From contig NC_042998.1 of NCBI RefSeq assembly GCF_006345805.1, positions 36,146,001 through 36,210,000 on the forward strand: a stretch of 64,000 nucleotides of DNA, written 5' to 3'. The notes beneath the pieces were generated by a model, which searched no databases, was not told the DNA's origin, and was given only the letters and a program-made list of their open reading frames with translations. Numbering within the stretch: position 1 is the stretch's first letter; each line of letters opens with the position of its first letter. The stretch is from Octopus sinensis (Eukaryota). The position numbers and the translations under genes were made by a program. Positions 40,211-55,128 of this stretch are shown in pieces.

Positions 40211-41574
40211 ATAGTATAGATGTAAGTATGCACATAACATATGTATATATGCATATATATATATATTATTTTTATTATATTATATATATATATATGTATA
40301 ATGCAATTTCTCCATTTTTCGCATTCTTCTTTGAAGAATGTCTCCAAATAACCAGAATGTGGGTATTCATAATAGAAATAGTCCTATAAAAATATTCATT
40401 GAAAAAAGATACGAACAAATGCTTAAGTAAAACCTGCGAACTTAGAATTATGTACAACATAGAGGAAAGAACACTTATTTCGTAGAGTATTCACAATATA
40501 ACAAAAAAAAAACTCAACTAAAAGAATCATTCCACATAGCCAAACTTCATTGAGTGCATAGAATAAAATAGGACCATTGGAAAACGATAATTGTAATTTT
40601 GGAAGAAAATTTAATATGAAAAGCGTAATAAATAAATAGACCCAGACACTTAACGCTCTGCAGTTTTATGGAAGTGTACACTTGTCAGAAACATTAGGGA
40701 TTGAATTTAAAATAAAATATTAACATATCAGTGGTTATGGTGCAAGGTGAGACAGGAAAAGCAAGTAAAAGATTTGGAAGAAGATCTATGGGAGCTTTAC
40801 TCAATTTTCAAGAAGAATGCATAAAAAAAAAGATTCATGAAGTGTTACAATGAAACTGTTATGACCAAAAGGTGGTGTAGATACTGTTAAAGCAGAAATA
40901 AAAGAAAAATTGAAGACAAAGACGGGGGAAATAATTACATACATTCAGCAGATAAAACAGTGTAAATAAAGCGATGATTAGGAACAAAAGAAAACTCGAA
41001 CAACAACTGAATTGTATTGAAGAACAATAAGAAAATAAAGTGCCAGATGTGAGTAAATAAAACGATACTGGAATATTAAACATTCTTCTGACAAGAGAAG
41101 AATCTACTGGGAATAGAATTTCAAGACATAGCGACGTAAAACAACATATATTTAATAAAAGGAAAAGAGAAAAAACAATACGATGAGACTGGAGAAAAGA
41201 GCGAATTGATAATCCATAGACTAAGATGGATTTCAATGTTTTAGGCTGAAGCAATTCACGTCTCTGTACTCATGTTTAGAAATATCTTATTGTGATATAC
41301 TACTATTACGGGAGAGATATCTCGTAGTGATATATTGTTTAGAGGAGACGAACGAGATTAGTCTCCTTTACAGAAAGATAAAATAGAAAGAATTAGAGAG
41401 ATTCAACTATAGACTCCACCTTAGTGTGCCACGGATGGAGAAAGCCCTTTTTTAATGTTTGATAGTTGATGATTTATACGTCTTTATGTAAATGGAATAA
41501 CAAACACCTTCGAAGGAATAGAAAGCATTCCGAAATGTATCACGAAAAACAAGGACCTACACTGTATTGGTCTC

Positions 41575-41915
41575 GATTTTTGGCACAAAGCCAACAATTT
41601 CAGGGGAGGGGGTAAGTCAATTTCATCGACCCCAGGAATCAACTCGTATTTAATCTTATCGACCCCGACAGGATGAAAAGCAAAGTCGACCGCAGTGGGA
41701 TTTGAACTCAGAACGTACATACGGAAGAGACCTACTGTATATTCTTTTCTAATCTAGGCACGAGGCCCCAAATCTTTTGACGATGGAGCCAGTCGATTAG
41801 ATCGACTCAAGTACGCAGCTGGTACTTAATTTATCGACCCTGAAACGATGAAAAGCAAAGTCGGCCTCGGTGAGATTTGAACTAACTCAGAACGTATATA
41901 TGGAAGAGACCTACT
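41575..41915 (-). mobile_element. SINE family B, tandem-body form
   Basis: Two Meta-like bodies (atcgaccc.ga.a.gatgaaaagcaaagtcg). Confidence 0.8.
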
Positions 41916-42525
41916 GTATGCTGAACAGAAAAGATGATGCTTCAGTTCAGAGAAGTCCATATGAGCGGGATTAATCCACCATCAAAAAATATATGATTTG
42001 ATAGATTCTATCCTTAGATTCTAGAGCGCTTCAATATATTTGCCATTCATGATAGGAAAAGAAAACATCATTGAGGCAAGAATGGGCTCTTGGCTAGGTG
42101 TATGACATGTCAGAGTTTGTGAGGACACGTTAAGATGAGAAGAATTAATACACAAGAAGATTAATTATCGCTATTTCTCTTTGTTTCTCTTCCATTCGCT
42201 CAGCTGTGCATGTTTCGAGCAAACAAACCCAGCCACCCCCAACCTAAACATAAAGGAATCCAACGTGTAATGTTTATAAATGGCTTCAAACTTGCTAAGT
42301 GTGTCATGTTTGTAATAAAGAGAATATAACGAAGACCTTGGGAAGGAATCACCATTGCTTAGTGAGAATGTATTAAGATCACCTCAAGGGGGAAAATATT
42401 CAAATATTTGCACGCATTGCAGTATTATAGGGTACAATAAATGGAAATGAAATATAAAGTTGTGAATTATAAATACATACCAAAAACTGAAACGGAAGGA
42501 ATATCATTACAAAGAGAAATATATA

Positions 42526-42946
42526 GGCGCAGGAGTGGCTGTGTGGTAAGTAGCTTGCTAACCAACCACATGGTTCCGGGTTCAGTCCCACTGCGTGGCA
42601 TCTTGGGCAAGTGTCTTCTGCTATAGCCCCGGGCCGACCAATGCCTTGTGAGTGGATTTGGTAGACGGAAACTGAAAGAAGCCTGTCGTATATATGTATA
42701 TATATGTATATATATGTATATATATGTGTGTGTGTGTGCGTTTGTCTGTGTTTGTCCCCCTAGCATTGCTTGACAACCAATTCTGGTGTGTTAACGTCCC
42801 TGTCACTTAGCGGTTCGGCAGAATAGACCGATAGAATAAGTACTAGGCTTACAAAGAATAAGTCCCGGGGTCGATTTGCTCGACTAAAGGCGGTGCTCCA
42901 GCATGGCCGCAGTCAAATGACTGAAACAAGTAAAAGAGTAAAAGAG
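42526..42946 (+). mobile_element. tRNA-derived SINE, family A, complete copy
   Basis: A box gtggctgtgtggtaag, B box gggttcagtccc, internal (TA)/(TG) tract, tail gactgaaacaagtaaaagagtaaaagag. Confidence 0.92.
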
Positions 42947-43069
42947 TATATGAAGATTACCAATACTTTTAATATTTTGGTGTCTTCTCATAAAAGTCTG
43001 AAAATTGAATTATGTAAAAATGGTAAACGTACAAGAAAGAAACATGTTAATATGCAATATGTTATATGT

Positions 43070-43260
43070 ACGCAGCAATATTTCTAGACCAAGTGGAAAG
43101 CAGCAGAGGGTTTCGCAATGAATCAAGAAAGACATTCTTGGAAATTATAAGACAAAATAAGTATATTAGAGAAAGTGAGGAAAAAGGTGTCGGAAGATCA
43201 GTAGTGAATGAAGAGAAGGAACAAAAGAAAATGATTATAAACAAAGAGAATGGGGGTTAA
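43070..43260 (+). mobile_element. Possible R4/Dong-like LINE post-RT fragment
   Basis: IFLDQVESSRGFRN...NKYIRESEEK loosely matches LY..R..GGRGL.N...L..YI..SEE. Confidence 0.3.
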
Positions 43261-44272
43261 ACATGAAACATAGCAGTAAAGTAAATGGAAGACTAAAGAC
43301 GAAATCTCAAAGCCTGACCCTTGGCATAGGTTTTTGGCTGCGTTGTTATGAAATTTATTTGGTAACATTGTGATTCAATTTTCGATCCCATTTTGCAGTA
43401 TCTTGTGCATGTATCTTCTACCTCAACCTCAGATTGATCAATATATTGTAAATGGAATTTGAGCTACAAAAACTGAGCACAAACCTGTTTTACATATAAG
43501 TATGTAATCGACTTATTCAGTCACTTCAAGTCGATTATATCGACCCCAGTTCTCAGCTGGTATTTATTTTATCAATCCTGAAAAGATAAAGTCGACGAAA
43601 GAAATTAAAACTCCAACAAAGAAATAAACAAAGAAAAATCCCAATAATGGCTGAGAAGCTCAGAACTCGAAAAGCAGAGATTGAAGGATTTTTAATTGTA
43701 GCAGAAGGTCAAAGCATTCCCGCCAGAAACCACAAGAAACACATAGTGCATTTTCCCCTGATGTATATTGTCGATGTATGCAAATATTAGCAAGAATCCT
43801 CAAAACGTGTCCTTTTCAAACGGAGTCCCGCTGAGATAGTTATTCACTGCGTTACAGATACTCTGTTGTCACTTTGGAGTAAAGATTGTTTGCCAACATA
43901 ACATGGCAATCCTGGTTTAGGACGAATGTTGCTGTAATTTAGCCCCAGGAGACATCGTCTCCAGCTGGTTATACGACACGATCTGTGTCCTTATATTTCC
44001 GAACAAGGGAATCTAGCACCCCCACTCAGATCAAAACAATATCTGTGTATCATGATTTCCGGGTAATTTTCTTTCGTCACTGTCACCACCAGTAAAATAG
44101 TGAGAATCTGAAAATAACGGGGTTATTGCTCACTAAAAGCGGTTTAAATGAAGCATATTAGGGCGAGAACAAGTGATTGGAAGAAAGTTTTCGGAAGTAA
44201 AAATTAACAAAACGTAAGATAGTGATAGTGATGCGGAAACGTTGATAAAACTATCGCCGGTGTTATTGTTTA

Positions 44273-44689
44273 TATTTCTTTATTGCCCACAAGGGGCTAA
44301 ACATAGAGAGGACAAACAAGGACAGACAAAGGGATTAAGTCGATTACATCGACCCCAGTGCGAAACTGGTACTTTTATTTATCGACCCCGAAAGGATGAA
44401 AGGCAAAGTCGACCTCGGCGGAATTTGAACACAGAACGTAATGACAGACGAAATACCTATTTCTTTACTACCCACAAGGGGCTAAACACAGAGGGGACAA
44501 ACAAGGACAGACAAACGGATTAAGTCGATTATAACGACCCCAGTGCGTAACTGGTACTTATTTAATCGACCCCGAAAGGATGAAAGGCAAAGTCGACCTC
44601 GGCGGTATTTGAACTCAGAACGTAACGACAGACGAAATACCGGTAAGCATTTCGCCCGGCGCGCTAACGTGTCTGCCAGCTCGCCGTCT
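44273..44689 (-). mobile_element. SINE family B, head plus two tandem bodies, with a 19-bp target-site duplication
   Basis: tcgccggtgttattgttta at 44254-44272 and 44690-44708. Confidence 0.93.
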
Positions 44690-45059
44690 TCGCCGGTGTT
44701 ATTGTTTAGCTCCAGGTCAGTCTCCATCGAGCCGATCTATGACAAAAGGCGTTCCGACCGTAGATATTTCGTTGTTCTAGAATCAGTCAGGACAACATTA
44801 TCCGTGTATATTTTTTTGAGACTGCATGGTGCGATGTAAAGGGAATTTTCTTGTAAGTCATTCGATAAGGTAGATGTTTTCTCGTGGGCTCGTATCATCG
44901 TCCATATAGCGCATGAGTGAATGTACGAATTCATATAATTCAACGTATTAAAAGAGCACAAAATAGCATGGAAAAACGACGATATTTTGTAAAGGAAAAT
45001 ACACAAAATACACTATAAGAAATTTGGATTCAAAGTAGATGAAAAATCACATGACAGAA

Positions 45060-45479
45060 ACTATTATTGTAATTCATCTGGGATGTTGTCTGTGAAAACA
45101 AACTCTTTCACAGGAACACGGAGAGCAAGATATGATGATAATAGAGAAAAACAGCAAAATTTGTGACATAATAAATATTGTTGTAGTAAATAACAGCAGA
45201 GAATAATCCAAAGAAAGGGGGAAAAAATGTATAAAGTTACCGGGTTTGGCTTGAGTATCTTTATGCAGGTATCCTATTCTTGTTTTCATAAAGCTGCTGC
45301 GATCAACTTGAAAACAACTATTGAAGAGAGTGAGAGTGATATTAGAATTGAGATCCAGAAAACGGAGTCGGAAAAATGCTGTCATCATCTATTCTTTCAA
45401 GAGTCTTCACTGTTTACGGGGCTTGTCACTAAATCTTTAGAAATAACCCTGCTGAAATGACCCAAACTCAGAACACTGC

Positions 45480-45535
<56 letters not shown>
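45060..45535 (+). mobile_element. R4/Dong-like LINE 3' end (RLE domain), decayed, with (TAA)n tail
   Basis: Pieces FIWDVV, QDMMIIEKNSKICDIINIVV, SKERGKK and SSILSRVF follow the RLE consensus order; followed by (ata)n at 45479-45535. Confidence 0.6.
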
Positions 45536-45537
<2 letters not shown>

Positions 45538-45874
45538 TCCTTTTTTTTATTGATTACAAGGACCCACGCATACAATATAAAACACATCGTACAAAACGCT
45601 TTAAAAGTGTTAGGAGATGAACGTTCGAAGATAGGGAAAATATCTATTAATACAAGCTAAAAATTTATTGCCCGCAAATAAAAAATGTATAGAAATGAAG
45701 GCAACCCACATACATAGGGCTGGGTAGCCGCTATCTTGATAGAATTCAATCATGTATTTATTCGGTCGAAGTTCGACATTTCTCTCATCCTCCGAGGAGT
45801 GTTTAAGTAACTCAAAAGAAAGTTTTGGTGTGAATTTCAAGCGACAGTCTGTAATTATGGGATTCCTGATATTA

Positions 45875-46330
45875 GTTAAGTTAAGTTAAGTTAATTTTTT
45901 GGCTCAAAAAGCAAAAAGCAAGGTCATATAGGGGGACATGGAGTTATGTACAGGGTGGTGTTCATGCAAAGAGTTCAGGCCATTTCTGGTCAAGAGAGAC
46001 TTTGAACCGAGCGGTCGTCGGCATCTTCACTATCTCGTCCGGCAGCTTATTCCACGGATCCGCAACCCGGACGGAGAAAGCCCCTCTCCTTCGATTGAGA
46101 TGAAATCATCGCAGATAGAGCTTTTCGGAGTGACCCCGCAGCCGACGCTCTGGAGCAGAAGTGAAGAACAGCTCTTTCGAGATATTACACTTTCCGCTTA
46201 TGATGTTGTGAGCAAGAATGAGATCACCACGGCGTCGTCGTTTTTCTAGAGAATAAAGGTCGAGCGTCTTCAGCCTTTCTTCATAAGACAAATGCTTGAG
46301 ACCAAGAACCATGCGGGTAACCAGCTTCCG
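45875..46330 (-). mobile_element. CR1-group LINE 3' end with (AACTT)n tail
   Basis: LVTRMVLGLKHLSYEERLKTLDLYSLEKRRRRGDLILAHNII...LRGHSEKLYLR*FHLNRRRGAFSVRVADPWNKLPDEIVKMPTTARFKVSLD; short 3' UTR and ttaagttaagttaagtt tail. Confidence 0.92.
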
Positions 46331-46994
46331 ATGTTTCCCGTCTTTCTAATATACAATTTTTTCTGCCCCATTTTATAGTTTTTTTGTTGTTGTCTATGTT
46401 TTTTTGTTGGTGCCTCTTCGATTATAGTTCATTGTTATTATAGCATCACAGTTGTTGTCCATACTGGTGCCATTTTCTGCCCTACCTTTCTTTCCCCGTT
46501 GCATCATTAGTAGTGTCAGGGTTAACAGCTACACATTAGTAATATTGTTATGAAAAAAACTTCCGAAAAGTTACTTTTTTCTTGTTGATAAGCCAAATGG
46601 TCAAATCAGACGACAGCTACAGTGTTGTTCCTGCATTGGCTGTCATGGCTAACTCCCACAGCTCTCCCATTTTGAAACGTTAAATTTCTTGACAGTTCAA
46701 GCATAACTCACACAGCTGTCAGTTCGTTGCAGACAATGGGGTTAAGTTTGTTGTCTCCCTCAATTAAAGAACGCACATCGATGATAATAATTCTTTTAAA
46801 TTTCTGCACAAGGCCAGTAATTTTGAGAGGAGGGGCAGTTAAGTTGCCTCACTACTCGATTACTCGATTACTCTTTTAATTCATTAGCCTCGAAAAGATG
46901 GCCGCGGCGGGATTTGTGCTTCAATCATATCGACGAAAGAAATACTACGAAGAAAATAGTCCCAAAGCTCTAACGATTCTACTAGAACGCATTC

Positions 46995-47165
46995 TTAATA
47001 ATAGCAATAGTAATAATGATAATAATAATAATAATGATGATAATAATAATGATGATGATAATAATAATAATAATAATAATAATATAATAATAATAATAAT
47101 AATAATGATGATATATGATGATGATAACGATGATAATAATAATAATAATGATGATGATGATAACG

Positions 47166-47199
<34 letters not shown>

Positions 47200-47735
47200 T
47201 GATATATGATGATGGTAACGATGATAATAATAATAATAATGATGATGATGATAACGATAATAATAATAATAATAATGATGATGATGATGATGATGATAAC
47301 GATAATAATAATAATAATAATAATGATGATGATGATGATGATAATAAGAATGATAACATTAATAATAATAATAATAATAATATAATAATAATAATAATAA
47401 TAACAATAACAATAATAATTGGGTGAGTGAGAGCAAGAGAGTGAGAAGGAGCGAGAGAGTGAGCGAGAGTTGGAGAGAGAGGGAGGGAGAAAGAGAAGTA
47501 CACTTCCATACTCTCAAGGTGCAGTGCAATGGCGGCTGGAATGGTTGAAAACATGATAAAACTGATGATGACTATGGTGATAATGATGATGATGATGACG
47601 ACGATGGTGACGATGATGACGACTATGGTGATTTTGATGATGATGATAATGATGATGATGGTGATAATGATGGTGATGATGGTGATGATGATGATGGTGG
47701 TGACGATGACGATGATGATGACGACGATGTTTTAA
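46995..47735. repeat. Compound (AAT)/(GAT) trinucleotide arrays with higher-order repetition
   Basis: Direct observation. Confidence 0.95.
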
Positions 47736-48732
47736 ATTACATTCGACCAGACACTTCAAAATATGTTTTGCAGCCAGAAGTGCAGTATGTTGTTAATCAT
47801 GAAAAGTGTTGCTTTCACTTTCCATTCTCTTTGAATTCACACCCACACCCCCCCGCACACACGTGTGCATATAACACAATCAGTCAAACACACATACACA
47901 CGCACCCCCACCGCACATAGTAGTAAGTTAAATGGGTCTTCGTCGGTTTCGATGAGGAGTGAATTAATGTGAACGTCGTTGAGTGTTCCGCAGACATGTC
48001 TACTTTGACGTAACCCTTAGAATCAGCGTGATGCAGTGGGTATGGCATGACTGGATTGACGTAATTTAGTTGATGGTCTTCCTCCATTTATTTCACAATG
48101 CTTGTAGTAAAAGACGTTTATACAAGATAACACTTGGAGAGATTGAACCCGGGTCCTTGTGATTCAGTAGTTGATTTCTTAATTCGTTTCGATTATGCCA
48201 TACAACTCCATTTCTCTCTCTATCTTTCTTTCACTCTTTTTCTCTCTCTCTCTCTCCTTCTCTCTATCTCCTTCTCTCTCTCTCTCTCGTTTCTCTCTCT
48301 AACTATCTCTGTCTCTGTCTCTCTCTTCCAACTACACACGCACGCACGCACACGTACGTCCGTTTAATATCAATCAAACCTTAGTGAAAATGCATTTCGA
48401 CATTAAAACAGATGTCAGTGCCACGTAAAATCATAACTATTACGATATGACGATAAAATATCAAATATATCAATTTCGAAAACCAATAGACCTGGGAGCA
48501 AATTTGATTTCGTCAGCAGAGAGAGGTTGGAAGGAGGAAAACCGTGATCGGAGCAATTCCCGCCAATATGATTGTAGTTTGGAAAATTTAGTGAAGATAC
48601 TCGAAAATTTGCTGTCAGTAACTTGTATCTGATTGGGTATTTTTCATAGAACAGAGGAGGACAATAAAGAATGAGAGTAAGAGAAAGAGAGACAGCTGTA
48701 CTCGCAGCATCTCTTCAGTGATTAAAACTCAA

Positions 48733-49147
48733 GGCGGCGAGCTGGCAGAAACGTTAGCACGCCGGGCGAAATGCTTAGCGGTATTTCGTCTGCGTTACGT
48801 TGTGAGTTCAACTTCAGCCGAGGTCGACTTTGCCTTTCATCCTTTCGGGGTCGATAAATTAAGCACCAGTTAAGCACTGGGGTCGATATAATCGACTTTA
48901 TACCTATGTCTGTCCATGTTTGTCTCCTCTATGTTTAGCCCCATGTGGGTAATAAAGAAATAGGTATTTCGTCTGCGTTACGTTGTGAGTTCAAATTCCG
49001 CCGAGGTCGACTTTGCCTTTCATCCTTTCGGGGTCGATAAATTAAGTACCAGTTACGCACTGGGGTCGATGTAATCGACTTAATCCCTTTGTCTGTCCTT
49101 GTTTGTCCCCTCAGTGTTTAGCCCCTTGTGGGTAATAAAGAAATAGG
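48733..49147 (+). mobile_element. SINE family B, head plus two tandem bodies
   Basis: ggcggcgagctggcagaaacgttagc head; probable TSD ttaaaa(c/t)tcaa at 48722-48732 and 49148-49158. Confidence 0.9.
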
Positions 49148-50122
49148 TTAAAATTCAATACATGTGAATACATGTTCATATATGAAATTCATGCGAATTC
49201 TAAATTAATACACAAACACACATACGCCCATATATAAGCATATTTACATACATGTTCATACACACACATACACACACCAGCACAAACACTAACTCACATA
49301 CATATATGCCTGTTATAAATTGTCTACCCAATTAAATCTGATTGTAAACGTAAACACGAAGGATGTTTATCTGCCACACACACACACGCAAAAAAAAAAA
49401 TGGAAAATGTCTGTAAAGACAAACTCTAAATAATTCCTATTTCAGACTAGATTTTAAAAACGCGCAGCTTGCTAATATCAATTTTGATTTCACTGAACGA
49501 TGATGTAGGAAAGTCTCTGGTGTGTAACACATCCTGTTACTTAATATTGCCCATAAATGTATACAGCGAAATGGTTACGTATTTGATTTTCTTAGAAATC
49601 TAAGATTTACAGAAGTGGAATTTTTTTCAATATGTTAGCTTTTTTCTTTTACATTTTACTGGAGTAAAACGATGTTATCGAGATGAAGGAGAAGCAAAAG
49701 AAAGAAAAGAAGAAAGAAACAAAAAAGAGCTGTATTGACCTTTGCCATTATTATATTTGCACACACTATTTGCTCTTTGACTCCCTACATTATCTGTCTA
49801 CAAAACCTTTCCACTTGAGTTATGGTGCCTTCCATTTTTGTTTCTATATTTGTAATATATACACTGTTAGCGATTCTGTGCATATTGAAAATTAATAACT
49901 CTCCTCGCTGAAGCTGATAAAAGATGACGGACAGAATACAGAGCGATATTGACTGAGTGAATTTATAGTTTATATCCTATGGTATCCGACAAAAAGAAAG
50001 CTTCATAGGAAACTTTAGTATGTCTTTTCTCTGTATTGGCTCGAACTGACTGTCTTGTCTATAAAGAACAGAATATATATTATGTGCGCAGGTGATTCTA
50101 CACCCCCCCACACACACGCACA

Positions 50123-50163
<41 letters not shown>

Positions 50164-50651
50164 GTATGTATATATACACACATACATATATACATGTATA
50201 TATATTTATATATATATATATACATACACACCTGTTTTCGTCTTTTTCTTTTGTAAATTCCAACTACATATATACAGTTGGTGTGTTTACGTCCCCGTAA
50301 CTTAGTGGTTCGGCAAAAAAAGACCGATAGAATAAGTACTACGCTTACAAGGAATAAGTCCTGGGGTAGATTTGCTCGACTAAAGGCGGTGCTCCAGCAT
50401 GGCTGCAGTTAAATGACTCAAACAAGTAAAAGAGTATATATATATATATATATACTTTCTTTATTTGTAGATTAACAATGGTTTCAAGTGAATCAATTGC
50501 AATTTTTAAGTCATCCACTTAAGAAAGTTGGTGATGTGTCACCATGATGGCTGAAGCTACGTGAGACTACTCGAACTTCAAACGCTATTTGGTGGTATTG
50601 AGCGAGATGTAAGTTACACAGATAAGGGTGCCGGTGGTAACTCGTATAGGG

Positions 50652-50751
<100 letters not shown>

Positions 50752-52859
50752 CCTACCTGTGTGCATATGAATGTATATGCGCATATCTGAATATTTTATA
50801 TATTACATATTTTAAGGCAGTAAAATCACTGGAATGTGTAAAAGAATAAAAGAATATATTTTTATATTTTAGTGTAGAAGCACCCATTATTTTTGGAAAT
50901 ACACGTTATTCTTTGCGAATCCACTATTTCTTTCATTCCTTCCCTCTGTCTTTCTTTAGGAATCCACTCATTCGTTTATTCCTTGCCTCTGTCTTTCTCT
51001 TCTTTGTAATGACTTCCGTGCTTTCTTACCTAATTACAGAAACAGGCTTTGAGTCAAAGAAGCCTCTCTGTATCCACTCACACTGCGGGAAATAACCTCA
51101 GATCACCCACAAATCACAGTAGGGGAACGATTATTGTAGATTAACGGTTTATATACGCATCTATTCATGTAAAGTGTACGTTGGTAGAGTTCTTTGGCTA
51201 AGATATCTCTTACCTGACACGTCTTCTTCGATTATGTGAAACACTGAAGCCAGTTTAGCAAAACTGATGGCGTATTTAGATTGAGAGCCTCATTCATAGC
51301 CCATTATGTTGTCTGTTATTTTATATATTTATTTTGCGTTTGTACCTCCTTCTATTTTGAAGAAAAAACTACTGAATTTTAAATAAAATATTTCTTAAAA
51401 TAAAGAAATAAATGAAAATAGTTACAGTTCTTTCTACCTGCATAATCTCGACATTTCTGCACCCCGACTGTGATGTAATGAATGCGCAGACTAGTCCTGG
51501 AGGAAAATCAGGAAAATGTCAGATTTTTAGATCCAGAACCGATTTTCATTCAAAGAATCTGATTGAAATATTATTATTAATGAGCGTGGCATATTAATTT
51601 GTAAATAATGTATCCTGAACATACGTTCGTGTAAGAATACGTGGCAATGCATTTATGAATCAATCTTTTACCTGGTGCTAACGCAAATAAATAATAAATC
51701 ATGTCTATTTACGCTGAGTCTCTCTGTAGAAAAATCTTATTACAAATACATTATTGAACAGTATCGATCTTAACGGTTCAGTCTTTATTATATTTGTTCA
51801 CAATTGCTCAATTGTTGTTTTACTTTCGCTTTGCGGTGAATTTAGGAAGCATATTCGAATTATCGCTCAGTTGATGACGTAACCAGGATGAGAAAAGCAG
51901 AAGCACTTTCTTACAATGACGCAAAGTCTCGCATCTTTAGAAATGGAATTGTTAAATGCTTTAAACCAGAGTAACCACAACCGTGACGTAACACCACAAC
52001 TTCGTCGTCACTCGTTTGCGTTCTTTTAAATAGCGATTTCAATATGGAATCGGTTAAGCTTAGCAGAATTTCGCCCGTCTTTGCGTTGTGAGTTCAAATG
52101 CTGCTGCGGTCGACTTTCATTCTTCAGGGGCCGATAAAATAATTACCAGTTAAGTACTAGAGTTGATATAATCGACCAACCGCGTCCCCCAAACTTCTTG
52201 GCCTTGTGCCAAAATTCGAACCCAATATTTAGACAACCCCATTCTTCTCCAATTGATAAACAACAGGGAAATATTTTGTTCTTTATTAATCAGAAAACTA
52301 AATAGAATTTGCATCTATATAATTCTTGTTTTTATTTGGCCATGGCGTAGGACAAGATTTAAAAAAAACTGAAACTATTTAAATTTTATTAAACACAGCA
52401 ATTTGTCTCCCCTCCTTTTCGATCATGTCTCTTCTTTTCGCCAAAAACTTTGCAATAAACTGATTTATATTTTCGTGAGGTTTTCTGGTTAGTTCGTTCT
52501 AGTTTGCCTCAGTTCCGGTTGGATCGAACACACACCTATGATTAAGATTCTTAAGCTACAATACATAAGAAGTCGTTTCATTTTGAGGCGACAAGGTGGC
52601 TGACTTAGGAAAGGCTTTTTTTATTCAAAGAATAATCCTCTAAAAAGTGGAAACAGCAGCAGCCTACTTTTGCCATTTATTTTCCTTTCCTATAAACGCT
52701 TATTCCTTGATGACGCAACACATAAACATTGCTGAAATTTGCGATAAATAATTTCTGCATTTATATGAAGCACGCATACGTACACACACACACACACACG
52801 CACACGCACACACACACACACACGCACACGCACGCACACACCACACACACACACACACG

Positions 52860-52894
<35 letters not shown>

Positions 52895-53444
52895 ACACAC
52901 ACACACACACACGCACACACACACACACACACACAGAGTTTCATATAGGCACAGAAAATTAGTCATCACAGATTTCAGAAAATCATCAATAAATATGGAG
53001 AGTTAGTCATTGCATTTGATTACTGTTATAGCACCGGGCCGGCTCTAATCCCAAAGACCTATGATCAAAGACGTTCCAGCTGTAACGGTCCTTGTTTTTT
53101 TTTCCCAGGCGTAGTAATTGTAGGGCAATTTTATCGAATGTGTCCATCACTTTTTTGAGGCAGCAGGGTGTGATATAAAGCAGATTTATTTCAAGCCGGT
53201 TGAGCGGTCGGCCACACAGGGGATCCCTCGACAGCAGTTTTAAAACTTTATGTTGTTGCTTTCTTAAATATATGACCTACACATCTCAAGTTAATGTATC
53301 GGAGAATCGCTGGAGGCTACTTCGCTCGGCTCCGGTTTTCTCAACGTATTTCGTTTCTCTGATAAGTTTTCGTAATCTTCTTTTATTAATTTGCCTTCGC
53401 TAATGCATTTCAGAAAAGCATAAAACTACCCCATTTGCTTCCCC

Positions 53445-53665
53445 CTTATGGATCATATATCGAGTAAATAGGATCCCATCATACGAGCCAATGAGGCAAC
53501 CTCTACATGGTTATTCGATCTGCTAGAAACACCAGCCAAACCTGCTTTAATTCATCCTTTACTCTTAAAAATAGACATATCGGATTTATGGTCCGTCATA
53601 CAATATGCGGGAGAAAAAGAAATGATGGCCATGACTGGAACGTCTTTGCTCATACAGCTGCAAAG
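53445..53665 (+). repeat. ~215-bp direct repeat, copy 1
   Basis: Near-identical to ~57350-57570. Confidence 0.9.
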
Positions 53666-53969
53666 GACTAAAGTAAAGTCATTAAAAATAATACTAAGCT
53701 TCTTCTCCATATCACAAAGTTCTTTTTAGATCCGTTACAACTAATTTCTGCAATGTCTGTGAAGCATACACACATAAAAGCACACACATACACACACATA
53801 CGCACGCACGCACGCACGCACGAATGCACGCACACAAACACACACACTCACACACACACAAATATGTGCGTGTATGTGTTTCTTATAATTGTTTTGTATT
53901 GCCAGCGAATAAACTTTTTTCGTATACACAAACACACACACACACACACACACACACGCATAAATAAAA

Positions 53970-54318
53970 GGCGAGCTGGCAGAATCGTTAGCACGCAGGC
54001 TAGCGGTATTTCGTCTGCCGTTACATTCTGAGTTCAAATTCCGCCGAGGTCGACTTTGCCTTTCATCCTTTCGGGGTCGATAAATTAAGTACCAGTTACA
54101 CATTGGGGTCGATATAATCGACTTAATCCGTTTGTCTGTCCTTGTTTGTCTTCTCTGTGTTTGGCCCTTTGTGGGTAGTAAAAAAATAGGTATTTCGTCT
54201 GCCGTTACGTTCTGTGTTCAAATTCCGCCGTGGTCGACTTTGCCTGTCATCCTTTCGGGGTCGATAAATTAAGTACCAGTTACGCACTGGGGTCGATATA
54301 ATCGACTTAATCCCTTTG
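53970..54318 (+). mobile_element. SINE family B, head plus two tandem bodies
   Basis: Same junction (gtgggtagtaaaaaaata|ggtatttcgtctg) as the other dimers. Confidence 0.9.
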
Positions 54319-55095
54319 TATGTTTATATTTAGAGAAAGGGCCGTACGCAACAAAAATCGGACGCTGTTTCCATATCTTAAAATATCATTGCTTCTAGTT
54401 TAACTATTTGGATCAAAATCAAATATATATTCGCTGAGGAATCCTTAGGGAATTTTCATCTGTCCTTAATATTCCATTATATAAAACGCAGTGACCGAAA
54501 TCTGTGGATTTACCAGTTATAATTTAATAATTTCGAAAGGTAGATTGAAAAAAAAAAATAACTATAAAGAAATCGTTGATATTAGCTAACATCTGGGCAA
54601 TCAATATTTTCTTCCCGCTAGTGTATTGGCCAATAATAACCGTAAAAGGGGAATTTTTCATAAAAGCCTGACCAAGATATAAGAGTTCCCCAGATTTTAA
54701 TATAACAATCATTATTCGCCCGAACCTATCTATCATGAGGCATTAAATATTAGATCGGTCACAGAAGGGTTCTTTTATCAGTTGACACAACACCTTTGAA
54801 AATTCAATCAAACGAGAAGAAAAAAATAACAAACACCTGAAATTCGTTCTGTTTTTCTTTTTTCTTATTTTTGTTACTAGATTTCAATTGAATCCGATCA
54901 CCTGTTTGTATCGATCTGAAAATATTTAGCAAAGGAATTTCTGTATTCTGCTAAGCAAAATGAATTCCTTTTTTTTTTTTTTTAATCTGACAGTTTGATA
55001 AAACAGTCCTAGAATCATGGATGGAAGATAAAGAAAGGCTCTTTGATTCCTGTCAACCATAGAAGAACAACAACAGTAAGAAGAAGGAAAAAGAA

Positions 55096-55128
<33 letters not shown>

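Noticed and set aside
40470-41270. Possible very old LINE RT fragment
   Set aside because: Only isolated short resemblances (SETLGIEFKIK) with inconsistent spacing; not supportable without a profile search.
44273-44689. Repeated units as a CRISPR array or tRNA gene cluster
   Set aside because: Eukaryotic context, no unique spacers; the A/B boxes belong to SINE heads lacking a full cloverleaf.
46898-47759. Poly-Asn/Asp/Ile/His ORFs
   Set aside because: Microsatellite translations.
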